DNA from: an uncultured Clostridia bacterium
GTDB taxonomy: Bacteria > Bacillota > Clostridia > Christensenellales > Borkfalkiaceae
Reading direction: 5' to 3'
Assembly (NCBI GenBank): GCA_947631005.1
Contig: CANRJR010000009.1
Coordinates: 1,308-65,307 of the forward strand
DNA: 64,000 nucleotides
The notes below the pieces were generated by a model. The model did not search any database and had not been told where the DNA came from. It saw only the letters and a program-made list of their open reading frames with translations. A program made the position numbers and the translations under genes. Positions 48,926 through 57,459 of the stretch are shown here, one piece after another (positions within the stretch are counted from its first letter, which is position 1; each line of letters opens with the position of its first letter).

Positions 48926-49159
48926 ATGTTAAAACCGCTGCATGAATTTTCCGTCGGCGAAACGGGCATTGTAAAAACCGTTTCGGGCGAGGGGATCATT
49001 CGCCGCAGGATCTTCGACATGGGCGTAACGCCCGGGGCGGAGATCACCCTGCACAAGAAAGCACCGCTCGGCGATCCCATCGAGGTCACCGTGCGGGGCT
49101 ATAAACTCTCCCTCCGCAAAACGGAGGCTTCCTGCGTGACGATGGAGGTAAAGGGATGA
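48926..49159 (+). CDS. feoA: FeoA-family protein (second copy)
   Basis: MLKPLHEFSVGETGIVKTV...RRRIFDMGVTPGAEITL. The ATG at 48926 has RBS ggaggt. Confidence 0.85.
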   Translation: MLKPLHEFSVGETGIVKTVSGEGIIRRRIFDMGVTPGAEITLHKKAPLGDPIEVTVRGYKLSLRKTEASCVTMEVKG

Positions 49160-51480
49160 AGAAGTTCGCGCTTGCAGGCAATCCAAATTGCGGAAAGACC
49201 ACCCTTTTCAACCTCCTCACGGGTTCGACGGCGTACGTCGGCAACTGGCCGGGGGTTACGGTCGACAAGCGGGAGGGGACGTACAAACGCGGCGAAGAGC
49301 CCGTTTCCATCGTCGATCTTCCCGGGATCTATTCGCTCTCGCCCTATACGCCCGAGGAGGTCGTGTCCCGCAACTTTATCCTCGACGAGCGTCCCGATTG
49401 CGTCATCGACATCGTAGACGCCACCAACCTCGAACGGAATTTGTATCTTACGACCCAGCTCATGGAGATCGACGTGCCCGTCGTCATCGCGCTCAACATG
49501 ATGGACGCCGTGGAAAAGAGCGGCGACACCATCGACGCGAAACAGCTCGAAGCCAAGATCGGCTTGCCCGTCGTGGAGATCTCCGCGCTCAAAAATAAGG
49601 GCATCAAAGAGCTCATGGACAGGGCGATCTCCGTCTCCAAAACGCGGCGGGAGGGCGTGACCGTGTTACACGATTCGCCGCTTGCGCACCTCGTACGCGA
49701 CGTGACGATCGCGCTCAAAGGCGCAAAGGTGAACGCGCCCCTCTTCCACGCGGTAAAGCTCGCCGAAATGGACGAGATCGAGGTCGCCATGCACCCCGAA
49801 CTCGTGAAGATGGTCGACGAATTTAAGGCGACGTTCGAGGACGACACGTTCGGGACGGACCTCGAAGCGGTGGTCGCGGACGCGCGCTATAAATACATAT
49901 CCGCAAATTATTCCACGGCATACAACAAAAAGGCGGGCGGGGAACAGCTCACGAAGAGCGACAAGGCAGACAAGATCCTCACCAACAAATGGGCGGGCAT
50001 TCCCATCTTCCTCGTCATCCTCTTCGCCATTTTCCACCTCACCTTTTCGGAGGATCTCTTCTACATCAGCGCGATGGCGGGAGGACTTCCGACGCTACAA
50101 GACCTCGGCTACGATACGGGCAACGCGGGCGTGACCCTGCTCGCCTGTTTCTACGACGGCGCGCTGTTTGCGCCGGGGGTGATCATCGCCAACCTGTTTA
50201 CCTGGCTTCTCGATTGGGTGGGCGTGCTCATCGGGCTCATCTGCGGCGGCGCGCCGCTGTGGGTCGGAAGCTTCCTCGGCGACGGCATTTGGGGCGGACT
50301 TTCCGCCGTCCTCGGGTTCTTGCCGCAGATCCTCGTGCTGTTTTTGTTCTTCTCCATCCTCGAAGATTCGGGCTACATGGCGCGCGTTGCGTTCATTCTC
50401 GACCGCATCTTCCGCCGCTTCGGGCTCTCGGGCAGGGCGTTCATGCCCATGATCATGGGGTTCGGGTGCAGTCTGCCCGCCATGATCAACACCAGAACGC
50501 TTGCAGACGACGAGGAGAGAACGGCGACCATCCGCGTCATTCCCATGTTTTCCTGCGGCGCGAAGTTGCCCATTCTTACGGCGATTGCGGGGGGGATCGT
50601 GTCTTTCTTCGGCGTGGGGAACGCCGAGCTCATCACCTACGGCATGTACCTCATCGGGATCGCAACGGCGATCATCTGCGTCCTTTTGATGCGTTCGACG
50701 ACCATGCGCGGCGAAGTCCCGCCTTTCATTATGGAACTTCCCGCCTATCACGCACCGCTCTTTAAGGGGCTCATGATCCACCTTTGGGATAAGACCAAGC
50801 ACTTCGTGAAGAAGGCGTTCACCATCATCTTCGCCTCCACGATCATCATTTGGTTCCTCTCCAACTTCTCTTGGAGCTGGCACTTCCTGCCCGAAGAGAT
50901 CGAATACGAGGGGGAGACCGTGCTCGTCAACCTGCACACCGATATGAGCATTCTCGGCTCGCTCGGTATGCTCATCCAACCGCTGTTCACCCCGCTCGGG
51001 TTCGGCTCGCAACTCAAATCGTTCGGCTGGGTGTTCGCCGTCGCCGCCATTACGGGGCTCGTCGCAAAGGAAAACGTCATCGCAACGTTCGGCACGCTTG
51101 CCGCCTGCGTCGCGGGAAGCTATATCTCCACCGACGAGGGCGTTTTGGAGGCGGTCACCATGATCTCCGCAACGGGCATCACCATCCCCGCGCTCATCTC
51201 GTTCATCGCCTTCAACATGGTCACCATTCCCTGCTTCGCGGCTTGTGCAACGGCGAAAGCAGAACTTCCCAAGGGGAAATTCCTCTGGACGATCCTCTTC
51301 TGGCTCGCCACCTCCTACATCACGGGTACGGTCATCTACCTCGTCGGGAGCTGGTGGTGGACGTCGTTCATCGTTGCGGCGTGCGTTGCCGCCGCGGTGA
51401 CGGGCATCGTGCTGTGGAATAAGAAACATCCCGTGAAAAAGGCGGAGCAAGAAGCGTCCGCCGCGGAGGGATCGGAATGA
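49156..51480 (+). CDS. feoB: Ferrous iron transporter FeoB
   Basis: G-domain GNPNCGKTTLFN, DLPGIYSL, NMMD. Gate motifs and more than 8 TM segments in the C-terminal half. Confidence 0.95.
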   Translation: MKKFALAGNPNCGKTTLFNLLTGSTAYVGNWPGVTVDKREGTYKRGEEPVSIVDLPGIYSLSPYTPEEVVSRNFILDERPDCVIDIVDATNLERNLYLTTQLMEIDVPVVIALNMMDAVEKSGDTIDAKQLEAKIGLPVVEISALKNKGIKELMDRAISVSKTRREGVTVLHDSPLAHLVRDVTIALKGAKVNAPLFHAVKLAEMDEIEVAMHPELVKMVDEFKATFEDDTFGTDLEAVVADARYKYISANYSTAYNKKAGGEQLTKSDKADKILTNKWAGIPIFLVILFAIFHLTFSEDLFYISAMAGGLPTLQDLGYDTGNAGVTLLACFYDGALFAPGVIIANLFTWLLDWVGVLIGLICGGAPLWVGSFLGDGIWGGLSAVLGFLPQILVLFLFFSILEDSGYMARVAFILDRIFRRFGLSGRAFMPMIMGFGCSLPAMINTRTLADDEERTATIRVIPMFSCGAKLPILTAIAGGIVSFFGVGNAELITYGMYLIGIATAIICVLLMRSTTMRGEVPPFIMELPAYHAPLFKGLMIHLWDKTKHFVKKAFTIIFASTIIIWFLSNFSWSWHFLPEEIEYEGETVLVNLHTDMSILGSLGMLIQPLFTPLGFGSQLKSFGWVFAVAAITGLVAKENVIATFGTLAACVAGSYISTDEGVLEAVTMISATGITIPALISFIAFNMVTIPCFAACATAKAELPKGKFLWTILFWLATSYITGTVIYLVGSWWWTSFIVAACVAAAVTGIVLWNKKHPVKKAEQEASAAEGSE

Positions 51481-51632
51481 GCTGGTGGGAGATCCTCCTC
51501 ATCGTCGCCGCCGCGCTCTTCGTGCTCGCCGTGATCGTCGTGTCGGCGGTGCGGCGCAAACAGGGGAAAACGGGTTGCGGCGACTGCGACGGCTGCCGCG
51601 GCTGTACGGCTTGCCGCCGTCAAAAGAAGTAG
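51477..51632 (+). CDS. FeoB-associated Cys-rich small membrane protein (51 aa, below the ORF-track cutoff)
   Basis: ATG overlaps the feoB stop (ATGA). MSWWEILLIVAAALFVLAVIVVSAVRRKQGKTGCGDCDGCRGCTACRRQKK has one TM segment plus a C-rich tail, as in the FeoB-associated Cys-rich family. Confidence 0.75.
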   Translation: MSWWEILLIVAAALFVLAVIVVSAVRRKQGKTGCGDCDGCRGCTACRRQKK

Positions 51633-51660
51633 TCTATCCTTTCAATCTCCATAAATCTTC

Positions 51661-51694
51661 GTAACGCCCGCGGACGATCGTCCGCGGGCGTTAC
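51661..51694. terminator. 34-bp perfect palindrome between convergent feo and ABC operons
   Basis: gtaacgcccgcggacg-at-cgtccgcgggcgttac. Confidence 0.65.
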
Positions 51695-51729
51695 GCAATC
51701 AAAATATCAAGATATGTGCTCAAATTCGC

Positions 51730-53658
51730 CTATTCGATGGCTTTGAGCGATTCGTTCATGCGGATGCGGGTGATCTTGCGCCGCAACATGATCGTGACGA
51801 GAAAGGTGAAGAAGAGGGACAAAAGCGGGGCGGCGATCCACGCGTACCAGCCGATCCCGGGGATCGAGCCGAAGCCCATCACCCGAAAGATGAACAGGCA
51901 GAGCAGACAGCCGAACGGAAGCCCGAACGCGATGCCGATCGCGCTCGTGATGTACACTTCGCGGAAGATGTAGCCCGTCACCTCGCCGTCGTAATAGCCG
52001 AGCACCATGAGCGTGGCGAGTTCGCGTTCCCGCTCGCTGATGTTGATGTTCGTGAGCGTGTAAATGACGACGGCGTTCAGCATCGCGGCGAACAGAAGCA
52101 CGATGACGGCAACGCCGATCATCGCCGCCGTTCCCACGTCTTGGAACAGACAGCAGTCGAGGACGGCGAGCCCCGCAAGCACGAGCGCGGTCGACGCCAT
52201 CACCGCGACTACCGTCATGGTGAACCGCGTCTTAAAGCGGAGCACGTTGCGGAGCGTCGACTTGTATTTGAACGAAAGTCTGTTCCAGAGCAGGGGGATA
52301 TGTTCGAGAATGACCTTTTTCCCCGGTTTCGGCGACTTCGGGCGCAGGAGCTCGGCGGGGGCTTTCTTGGTCATATGTAGCCCCGCGATGAGCGTTGCGG
52401 CGAGCGTCGCCAATAAGATCGCCGCCGACACGATCAAGAAGAATACGACGGAGATCTCCGCGGGATAGGGCGGCAGGGAGTAGTTCCAATTAAAATTGAT
52501 GTACACGACATAGGCGAGCCCCATGGCGGCAAAATACGCGCCCACCCCGCCGATGACGGTCGCCGTCAGGGCAAAGAGCAGGTACTTCGAGAGGATCATG
52601 AGGGGGGAATAGCCGAGCGTGGTGAGACAGGCGATCTGTGCGCGTTCTTCGTCGAGAAGCCGCGTCATGGTCGAGAGCACCACGAGCAAGGTGACGAGCA
52701 AAAAGACGACCATGATCACATATCCGATCCCCTCTACCTTGACGCCGTATTCGTGAAAGGAGGAGAACGTGAAATTTTCGGAGAGGGTGAGCGTTTCTGC
52801 CTCTTCGAGGAGGGTTTTCACGCTCTCCGCCTCGGCTTCGGCGTACGTCTTGTACGCGCCCGACATCACAAAACGGGAGCGGTCGGAAAAGGTGATGTAT
52901 GCGTCGTTCCCGTTCGGGGCGGGGGAGAGCTCGCTGTCGAAGAGATAGAAGATGCTTTCGAGCTCGGCGGGATCGTCGCCGTCCTCAAATTGCAGGCTCA
53001 CGTCGTCGCGGACGGCGAGGTGAAGCGGATTTTCCAATATGCCCGCCACATAAAAGGTGTATTCCGACGTCTGCGCCCGCTCGCCCGCGGCGGTGCGGTA
53101 GGTCGTCGTCACCGTCGCGTGAAAGCGCGTTCCGAGCGCGTATTCGGGGAGTTGATAGGTGGAACGCTCGGCGTAGACGGGAATATCCTCGGTCTCTTCG
53201 CGGCGTTCGTCGATGATATGAAAAAGGTTCTGCGTGCGCGTTTCGGGCTCGCCTTCGAAAAAGTACGCCTTCACCACGCCGTCGCCCATGCCCTCGAACG
53301 CCGTATCCGTCTGCACTTCCACGCTGCCGACGAGGGGCAATTCCACGGTCTGCGCCGAGGAGATCGCCCTGTTTTCGAATTCGAGCGACGTGCCGAAAAC
53401 GACGTTCGTTTGATAGCGTTCTTGCAGTTTTGCGATTTCGTCCTCGGTAAAACCGCTCGGGCGCACGCTCTTTACGATGAGGTCGGAGACGTTGCGCGTG
53501 TGGTAAACGTCGTCGAGGGCGTAGTTGAGCTTGTCCGTCGCCATGCCGATCCCCGCGGCAAACCCGATGCTCACGAGCACCATAAGAGCCACGGAAACGA
53601 GGCGGGTAAGATGGCGGCGGAACATGCGCCGCATGGTTTTGAGATAGGTTTTCACCAC
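51730..53658 (-). CDS. FtsX-family ABC transporter permease (two FtsX modules, MacB-like)
   Basis: N-terminal TM segment, large extracytoplasmic domain, then two 4-TM/3-TM FtsX blocks (RAQIACLTTLGYSP, ELATLMVLGYYD). Confidence 0.85.
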   Translation of the reverse strand: MVKTYLKTMRRMFRRHLTRLVSVALMVLVSIGFAAGIGMATDKLNYALDDVYHTRNVSDLIVKSVRPSGFTEDEIAKLQERYQTNVVFGTSLEFENRAISSAQTVELPLVGSVEVQTDTAFEGMGDGVVKAYFFEGEPETRTQNLFHIIDERREETEDIPVYAERSTYQLPEYALGTRFHATVTTTYRTAAGERAQTSEYTFYVAGILENPLHLAVRDDVSLQFEDGDDPAELESIFYLFDSELSPAPNGNDAYITFSDRSRFVMSGAYKTYAEAEAESVKTLLEEAETLTLSENFTFSSFHEYGVKVEGIGYVIMVVFLLVTLLVVLSTMTRLLDEERAQIACLTTLGYSPLMILSKYLLFALTATVIGGVGAYFAAMGLAYVVYINFNWNYSLPPYPAEISVVFFLIVSAAILLATLAATLIAGLHMTKKAPAELLRPKSPKPGKKVILEHIPLLWNRLSFKYKSTLRNVLRFKTRFTMTVVAVMASTALVLAGLAVLDCCLFQDVGTAAMIGVAVIVLLFAAMLNAVVIYTLTNINISERERELATLMVLGYYDGEVTGYIFREVYITSAIGIAFGLPFGCLLCLFIFRVMGFGSIPGIGWYAWIAAPLLSLFFTFLVTIMLRRKITRIRMNESLKAIE

Positions 53659-54353
53659 TCGATCTCCTCGACGGGCGTCGGCGTTTCGTTGACCTCGATC
53701 TGCTCGATCTTGCCGTTTTTGATATATACGACCTTATCCGCCATGCCTTTCAATGCAGTATTGTGCGTTACGACGATCACGAGGCGGCGGCGACGTTTGG
53801 AAACGTCGTACAAAAGTTTCAGAATTTTCTTGCCCGTCTCGTAGTCGAGCGCGCCCGTCGGCTCGTCGCAGAGCAGGAGCTTGGGGTTTTTGGCGATGGC
53901 GCGGGCGATGGAAACGCGTTGCTGTTCGCCGCCCGAGAGCTGGGCGGGAAAATTCATGAGGCGGTCGCCGAGCCCCACCTCTTCGAGCACCTCTTTGGGC
54001 GATAGGGCGTCCTTTCTGATCTCGACGGCGATCTCCACGTTTTCGAGCGCGGTGAGGTTTGGCATGAGATTGTAGAATTGGAACACGAATCCCACGTCGT
54101 TTCTGCGGTATTCGGTGAGTCCGCGGGCAGGGAGGGCGGTCACGTCTTTTCCGTCGAGGACGATCTCGCCTTCCGACGCGGCGTCCATGCCGCCGAGCAG
54201 ATTGAGCAGGGTGGTTTTGCCCGCGCCGCTCGAACCGAGCACGACGACGAACTCGCCGTCGTCCAAATCGAACGAAACGTCGTCGAGCGCGTTCACGGTC
54301 ACGCTGCCCGTCGTATAGCGTTTGCATACGTTGCGAAGAGAAAGGAAGCTCAT
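53652..54353 (-). CDS. ABC transporter ATP-binding protein (MacB/LolD type)
   Basis: [38 protein letters not shown]. The ATG at 54353 has RBS aggaga. The track ORF is extended upstream spuriously. Confidence 0.9.
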   Translation of the reverse strand: MSFLSLRNVCKRYTTGSVTVNALDDVSFDLDDGEFVVVLGSSGAGKTTLLNLLGGMDAASEGEIVLDGKDVTALPARGLTEYRRNDVGFVFQFYNLMPNLTALENVEIAVEIRKDALSPKEVLEEVGLGDRLMNFPAQLSGGEQQRVSIARAIAKNPKLLLCDEPTGALDYETGKKILKLLYDVSKRRRRLVIVVTHNTALKGMADKVVYIKNGKIEQIEVNETPTPVEEIEW

Positions 54354-54465
54354 AGAAATCTCCTGTACGGAGAAAGTATAGCACGTTTCGCGGTTTTTGG
54401 CAAAGAAATTGCAATACATGTGTAAAAAAACAGAAATTTTTGCCGAGAGAAATTGGGAATGCCCC

Positions 54466-54494
54466 TTGACAAACGCCGCCGCAAGCGGTATAAT
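54466..54494 (+). promoter_or_regulatory. SigA-type promoter (TTGACA-N17-TATAAT)
   Basis: Consensus hexamers with exact spacing, 45 nt upstream of the 54539 start. Confidence 0.6.
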
Positions 54495-54538
54495 TTTTAT
54501 AACAGAATTTGTATAACGTCTCACAGGGAGGAATGTCT

Positions 54539-55795
54539 ATGAATGCTGCCGTTCTCGCCGCCTCTACGGCGACAGTCGTATGGATCGCCGTCGCATGCGG
54601 AGCTTGTATCGTCGCGCTCGTCGCGATCATCGCCGCCGCGGTCGCGCAATACCGCCGCTCTTCGAGCGAGAAATCTCCCAAAGAGAAAAAACCCGTAGAG
54701 AAAAAAGCCGAAAAGACGCCCGCAAAACCCAAACCAGAGCCCAAGCCCGCGCCCGTGAAGCAAGCTCCCGCGCCCATCAAAGAGCCTGTCAAAAAGCCCG
54801 TCAAAGAGCCCGAGCCTGTTAAAGAGCCCATTAAAGAACCTGCGGAAGAGCCCGCACCCGCGCCCGTGCACGGGGTACACGCGCTCGACACCGAGTTCGT
54901 GCTCGACGCGGAGAGCGAAGAGGGGGCGCGCGCGTACGACGTGCAGAAGCAGCGATTCTTGTTCGTGCGCTTCAACCGCAGTTATGAGGCGCGGCTCATT
55001 CAGGCGCAGGATAGTCTCAAACGGTATTACGAACAGCTCAAAAACGAATTGTTGTCCTATCGCGGCGTGAAGTCGCGCATGGGCTGGAAAGGGGAGAATT
55101 TCCGCAAAGGGCGGGTGAAAATCGCGCGTCTGCGCGTGCGCGGCAAACTGCTCTGCCTCTATCTCGCGCTGTCTCCCGCCGATTATCTCGACACCAAATA
55201 TAAGGTGGAGGACGTGTCCGACGTCGCCGCCAACGAGCCCGTTCCGCTTCTGTACCGCATCAAGAACGACAGGCGTTGCGTGTACGCAAAAACGCTGATC
55301 GCCGACGCCATGGCAAAGGCGGGCGCAGAGAAAGAGGAGCGCGAATATGTCGCCTATCCTCTGCCCTACGAAGAGACCGACGCGCTCATCGAACGCGGGC
55401 TCATCCGTCTTGTAGAGGGCGCGGAGATCCAAACGCCCCCGCCCGTGTCCGTCAAACGGGAGGTGCGGGCGGCGGAGGCGCACACGCTCATCAAAGACGA
55501 AGTTGCCGCAAGCATGATCGAGGAGGAGGACGCCCTCACCCCGCGGATCAAGAACGGCAAGACGGGGATCGTCAACGTCGACACCCTCTCCGAATATTTC
55601 GAAAGCGGCGAGCGGGTCACCCTCGAAGAGGTGCAAAAGCGCGTTCCGTTCTTCGACCGTCGGGCAACCGCGCTCAAAGTGCTCGCGCGCGGCGTCATCA
55701 ATAAGCCGCTCACCGTCGAGGCGGACGACTTCTCCCTCGACGCGGTGAAGATGATCGTCCTCACGGGCGGACATGCCGTCCACAAGAAACACTGA
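54539..55795 (+). CDS. Membrane-anchored protein: K/P/E-rich linker, conserved unknown domain (paralog of 30991-31911), C-terminal uL15-like domain
   Basis: TM segment VVWIAVACGACIVALVAIIAAAV. KPKPEPKPAPVKQAPAPIKEPVKKPVKEPEP linker. RGKLLCLYLALSPADYLDTKYKVEDVS block. C-terminal VNVDTLSEYF..GERVT...LKVLARGVINKPLTVEADDFSLDAVKMIVLTGGHA resembles the ribosomal protein uL15 C-terminus. Confidence 0.7.
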   Translation: MNAAVLAASTATVVWIAVACGACIVALVAIIAAAVAQYRRSSSEKSPKEKKPVEKKAEKTPAKPKPEPKPAPVKQAPAPIKEPVKKPVKEPEPVKEPIKEPAEEPAPAPVHGVHALDTEFVLDAESEEGARAYDVQKQRFLFVRFNRSYEARLIQAQDSLKRYYEQLKNELLSYRGVKSRMGWKGENFRKGRVKIARLRVRGKLLCLYLALSPADYLDTKYKVEDVSDVAANEPVPLLYRIKNDRRCVYAKTLIADAMAKAGAEKEEREYVAYPLPYEETDALIERGLIRLVEGAEIQTPPPVSVKREVRAAEAHTLIKDEVAASMIEEEDALTPRIKNGKTGIVNVDTLSEYFESGERVTLEEVQKRVPFFDRRATALKVLARGVINKPLTVEADDFSLDAVKMIVLTGGHAVHKKH

Positions 55796-55832
55796 ACCAT
55801 TCGAAAAGCGCGTCCCCGCCGAAAGGCGGGGA

Positions 55833-56627
55833 TTATTTTTGCGGCGGCTTTACGAGATACGGTCCGCGGTACTGCTTTTCGGGCGCGGATTTGCCGATGA
55901 GGGAGAGGGCGCGCCGCGGGCAGAGGTTGACGCAACGGTAGCACAGCACGCATTCCCCGCGCGGTACGGCTCTTCCGTTTTCGATGACGATGTTTTTCAC
56001 GGGACATTCTTTCGCGCACGCGCCGCAACCCACGCAACTGTCGTTCACGCGCAGACGGCTTCGCTTTTCGGCTTCGTCCTTGCGCCAAAAGATGCGCTGG
56101 CAACCGCACCCGATCGCGCGGGACAGCAGGCGGAATCCGCGGCGCGGGGGCTTCCCTTGGAGGATGCGCGCCGCAAACTCGTCCGCCTTACGGTCAGCGC
56201 GGGCGATGATCTTATGGAGTTCTTTGCCGTTTTTCACCGAAAAAATTTTGCAGTCTGAGAGGTTGTTCGGCATGTTGAAGTGTTCCGCGCCGATCACCTC
56301 GCCGCCGCACCGCGCCACGGCGCGCCCGAGGCTCGCCGCGCCGTCCCCCGAAAAGAAGTATTGCGTTTCGGCGAGGAGCACCCGCTTTCCGCGGATCGCC
56401 GCCTGATGTCGGAATACGAATCGCCGCATGGGAATGGGCGGCGTAGAGCCGTAAATGGGGAAGGCGAAAAGGAGAAGCTGTGCCGCGCCGATCTCTTCGG
56501 AAAAGTCGTCTTTCGCCGTAATGTCGAAGAGACGGACGCGATAGACGCAGGAGAGCTTTTTTGAGAGCCGCTCGGCAATGTAGCGCGTGTTGCCCGTACC
56601 GCTGAAATAAAAAATCGCAAGATCCAT
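55833..56627 (-). CDS. EFR1-type flavodoxin-like / 2x[4Fe-4S] ferredoxin fusion protein
   Basis: MDLAIFYFSGTGNTRYIAERL flavodoxin-like N-terminus. CVGCGACAKECP and CVLCYRCVNLCP cluster motifs. The ATG is at 56627. Confidence 0.8.
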   Translation of the reverse strand: MDLAIFYFSGTGNTRYIAERLSKKLSCVYRVRLFDITAKDDFSEEIGAAQLLLFAFPIYGSTPPIPMRRFVFRHQAAIRGKRVLLAETQYFFSGDGAASLGRAVARCGGEVIGAEHFNMPNNLSDCKIFSVKNGKELHKIIARADRKADEFAARILQGKPPRRGFRLLSRAIGCGCQRIFWRKDEAEKRSRLRVNDSCVGCGACAKECPVKNIVIENGRAVPRGECVLCYRCVNLCPRRALSLIGKSAPEKQYRGPYLVKPPQK

Positions 56628-56745
56628 AGTCCGTTGTATGCGGAAAGCAAAAAAACGGTGAACGGTTATAAAGAAAGTCCGAAAAAATGTCGCGACCGCG
56701 CATAAACCGTCCAAAAGCGCGCACGCTTTTATTGGGAGGTACGAC

Positions 56746-56910
56746 ATGCAGAAATTCAGATCGGGCGAAACCGTGCCCATGTCCTGCAACTACAAAGCGT
56801 ACGATAAGAACGGAAACAGCCACGACGAGGAAAAGACGTTCCTCGAAAAGGGAACGACGTTCCCGCCCCTCCAACACGAGGGCGGCTATTGGGTCATGGA
56901 CCACGAATGA
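56746..56910 (+). CDS. Small YjzC-like protein (54 aa, below the ORF-track cutoff)
   Basis: RBS gggagg 6 nt upstream. MQKFRSGETVPMSCNYKAYDKNGN...EKGTTFPPLQHEGGYWV resembles the YjzC family pattern. A strong terminator follows. Confidence 0.55.
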   Translation: MQKFRSGETVPMSCNYKAYDKNGNSHDEEKTFLEKGTTFPPLQHEGGYWVMDHE

Positions 56911-56950
56911 AGCACAAAAAAAGCGGGCATATGCCCGCTTTTTTTGTGCT
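56911..56950. terminator. 40-bp palindromic bidirectional terminator
   Basis: agcacaaaaaaagcgggcat|atgcccgctttttttgtgct. Confidence 0.8.
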
Positions 56951-57060
56951 CTCGGCGTTTTATGTTGTCTGTTCCGTGATTTTACTGCGCGCCCCTGCGC
57001 CGATTTGGCGCAGGGGCGCGGTATGTTTTATTTCCGTTGTCCTTTCGCCCCGTAGCTTCT

Positions 57061-57446
57061 CAATTGTCATTTCGACCAAGCGAACGCAGTGAGCGCGTGG
57101 AGAAATCTCCCGCATTATAATATAAGCATATGCAACGACCGAGGGGATTTTTCGACTGCGGCTCGCTTACGCTCGCCTCCGCTCAAAATGACATTGTAGT
57201 ATAAAATGAAATAAGAATAAGGGAGATTTCTCCACGCACCGCTATCGCGGCTTGGTCGAAATGACAAATCGGAACGCCCGTTCGCGCCACCATGAATGAC
57301 AAATTGAAATGCCCGTTCGCGTCACCACGAATGACAAATCGGAATGTCCGTTCACGCTATTGCAACCCACGCGCAAGCATTCTGAATTCTGTCATGATGA
57401 CGCAAAATCCCGTGCCTGGTCGGCACGGGATTTTGCGTTGAAACAT
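57061..57446. repeat. REP/MITE-like element cluster, copy 2: about 47-bp inverted arms, internal module, 35-bp tandem x3, terminal hairpin module
   Basis: tgtcatttcgaccaagc..gcgtggagaaatctccc (57065-57111) is the reverse complement of gggagatttctccacgc..gcttggtcgaaatgaca (57221-57266). aatgacaaat units occur at 57260, 57295 and 57330. 57390-57446 matches 29747-29803. Confidence 0.8.
57402..57436 (-). terminator. aspA terminator (hairpin of the repeat element)
   Basis: gcaaaatcccgtgcc-tggtc-ggcacgggattttgc, 24 nt downstream of the aspA stop. Confidence 0.7.
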
Positions 57447-57459
57447 TGTTTGGTATGCG

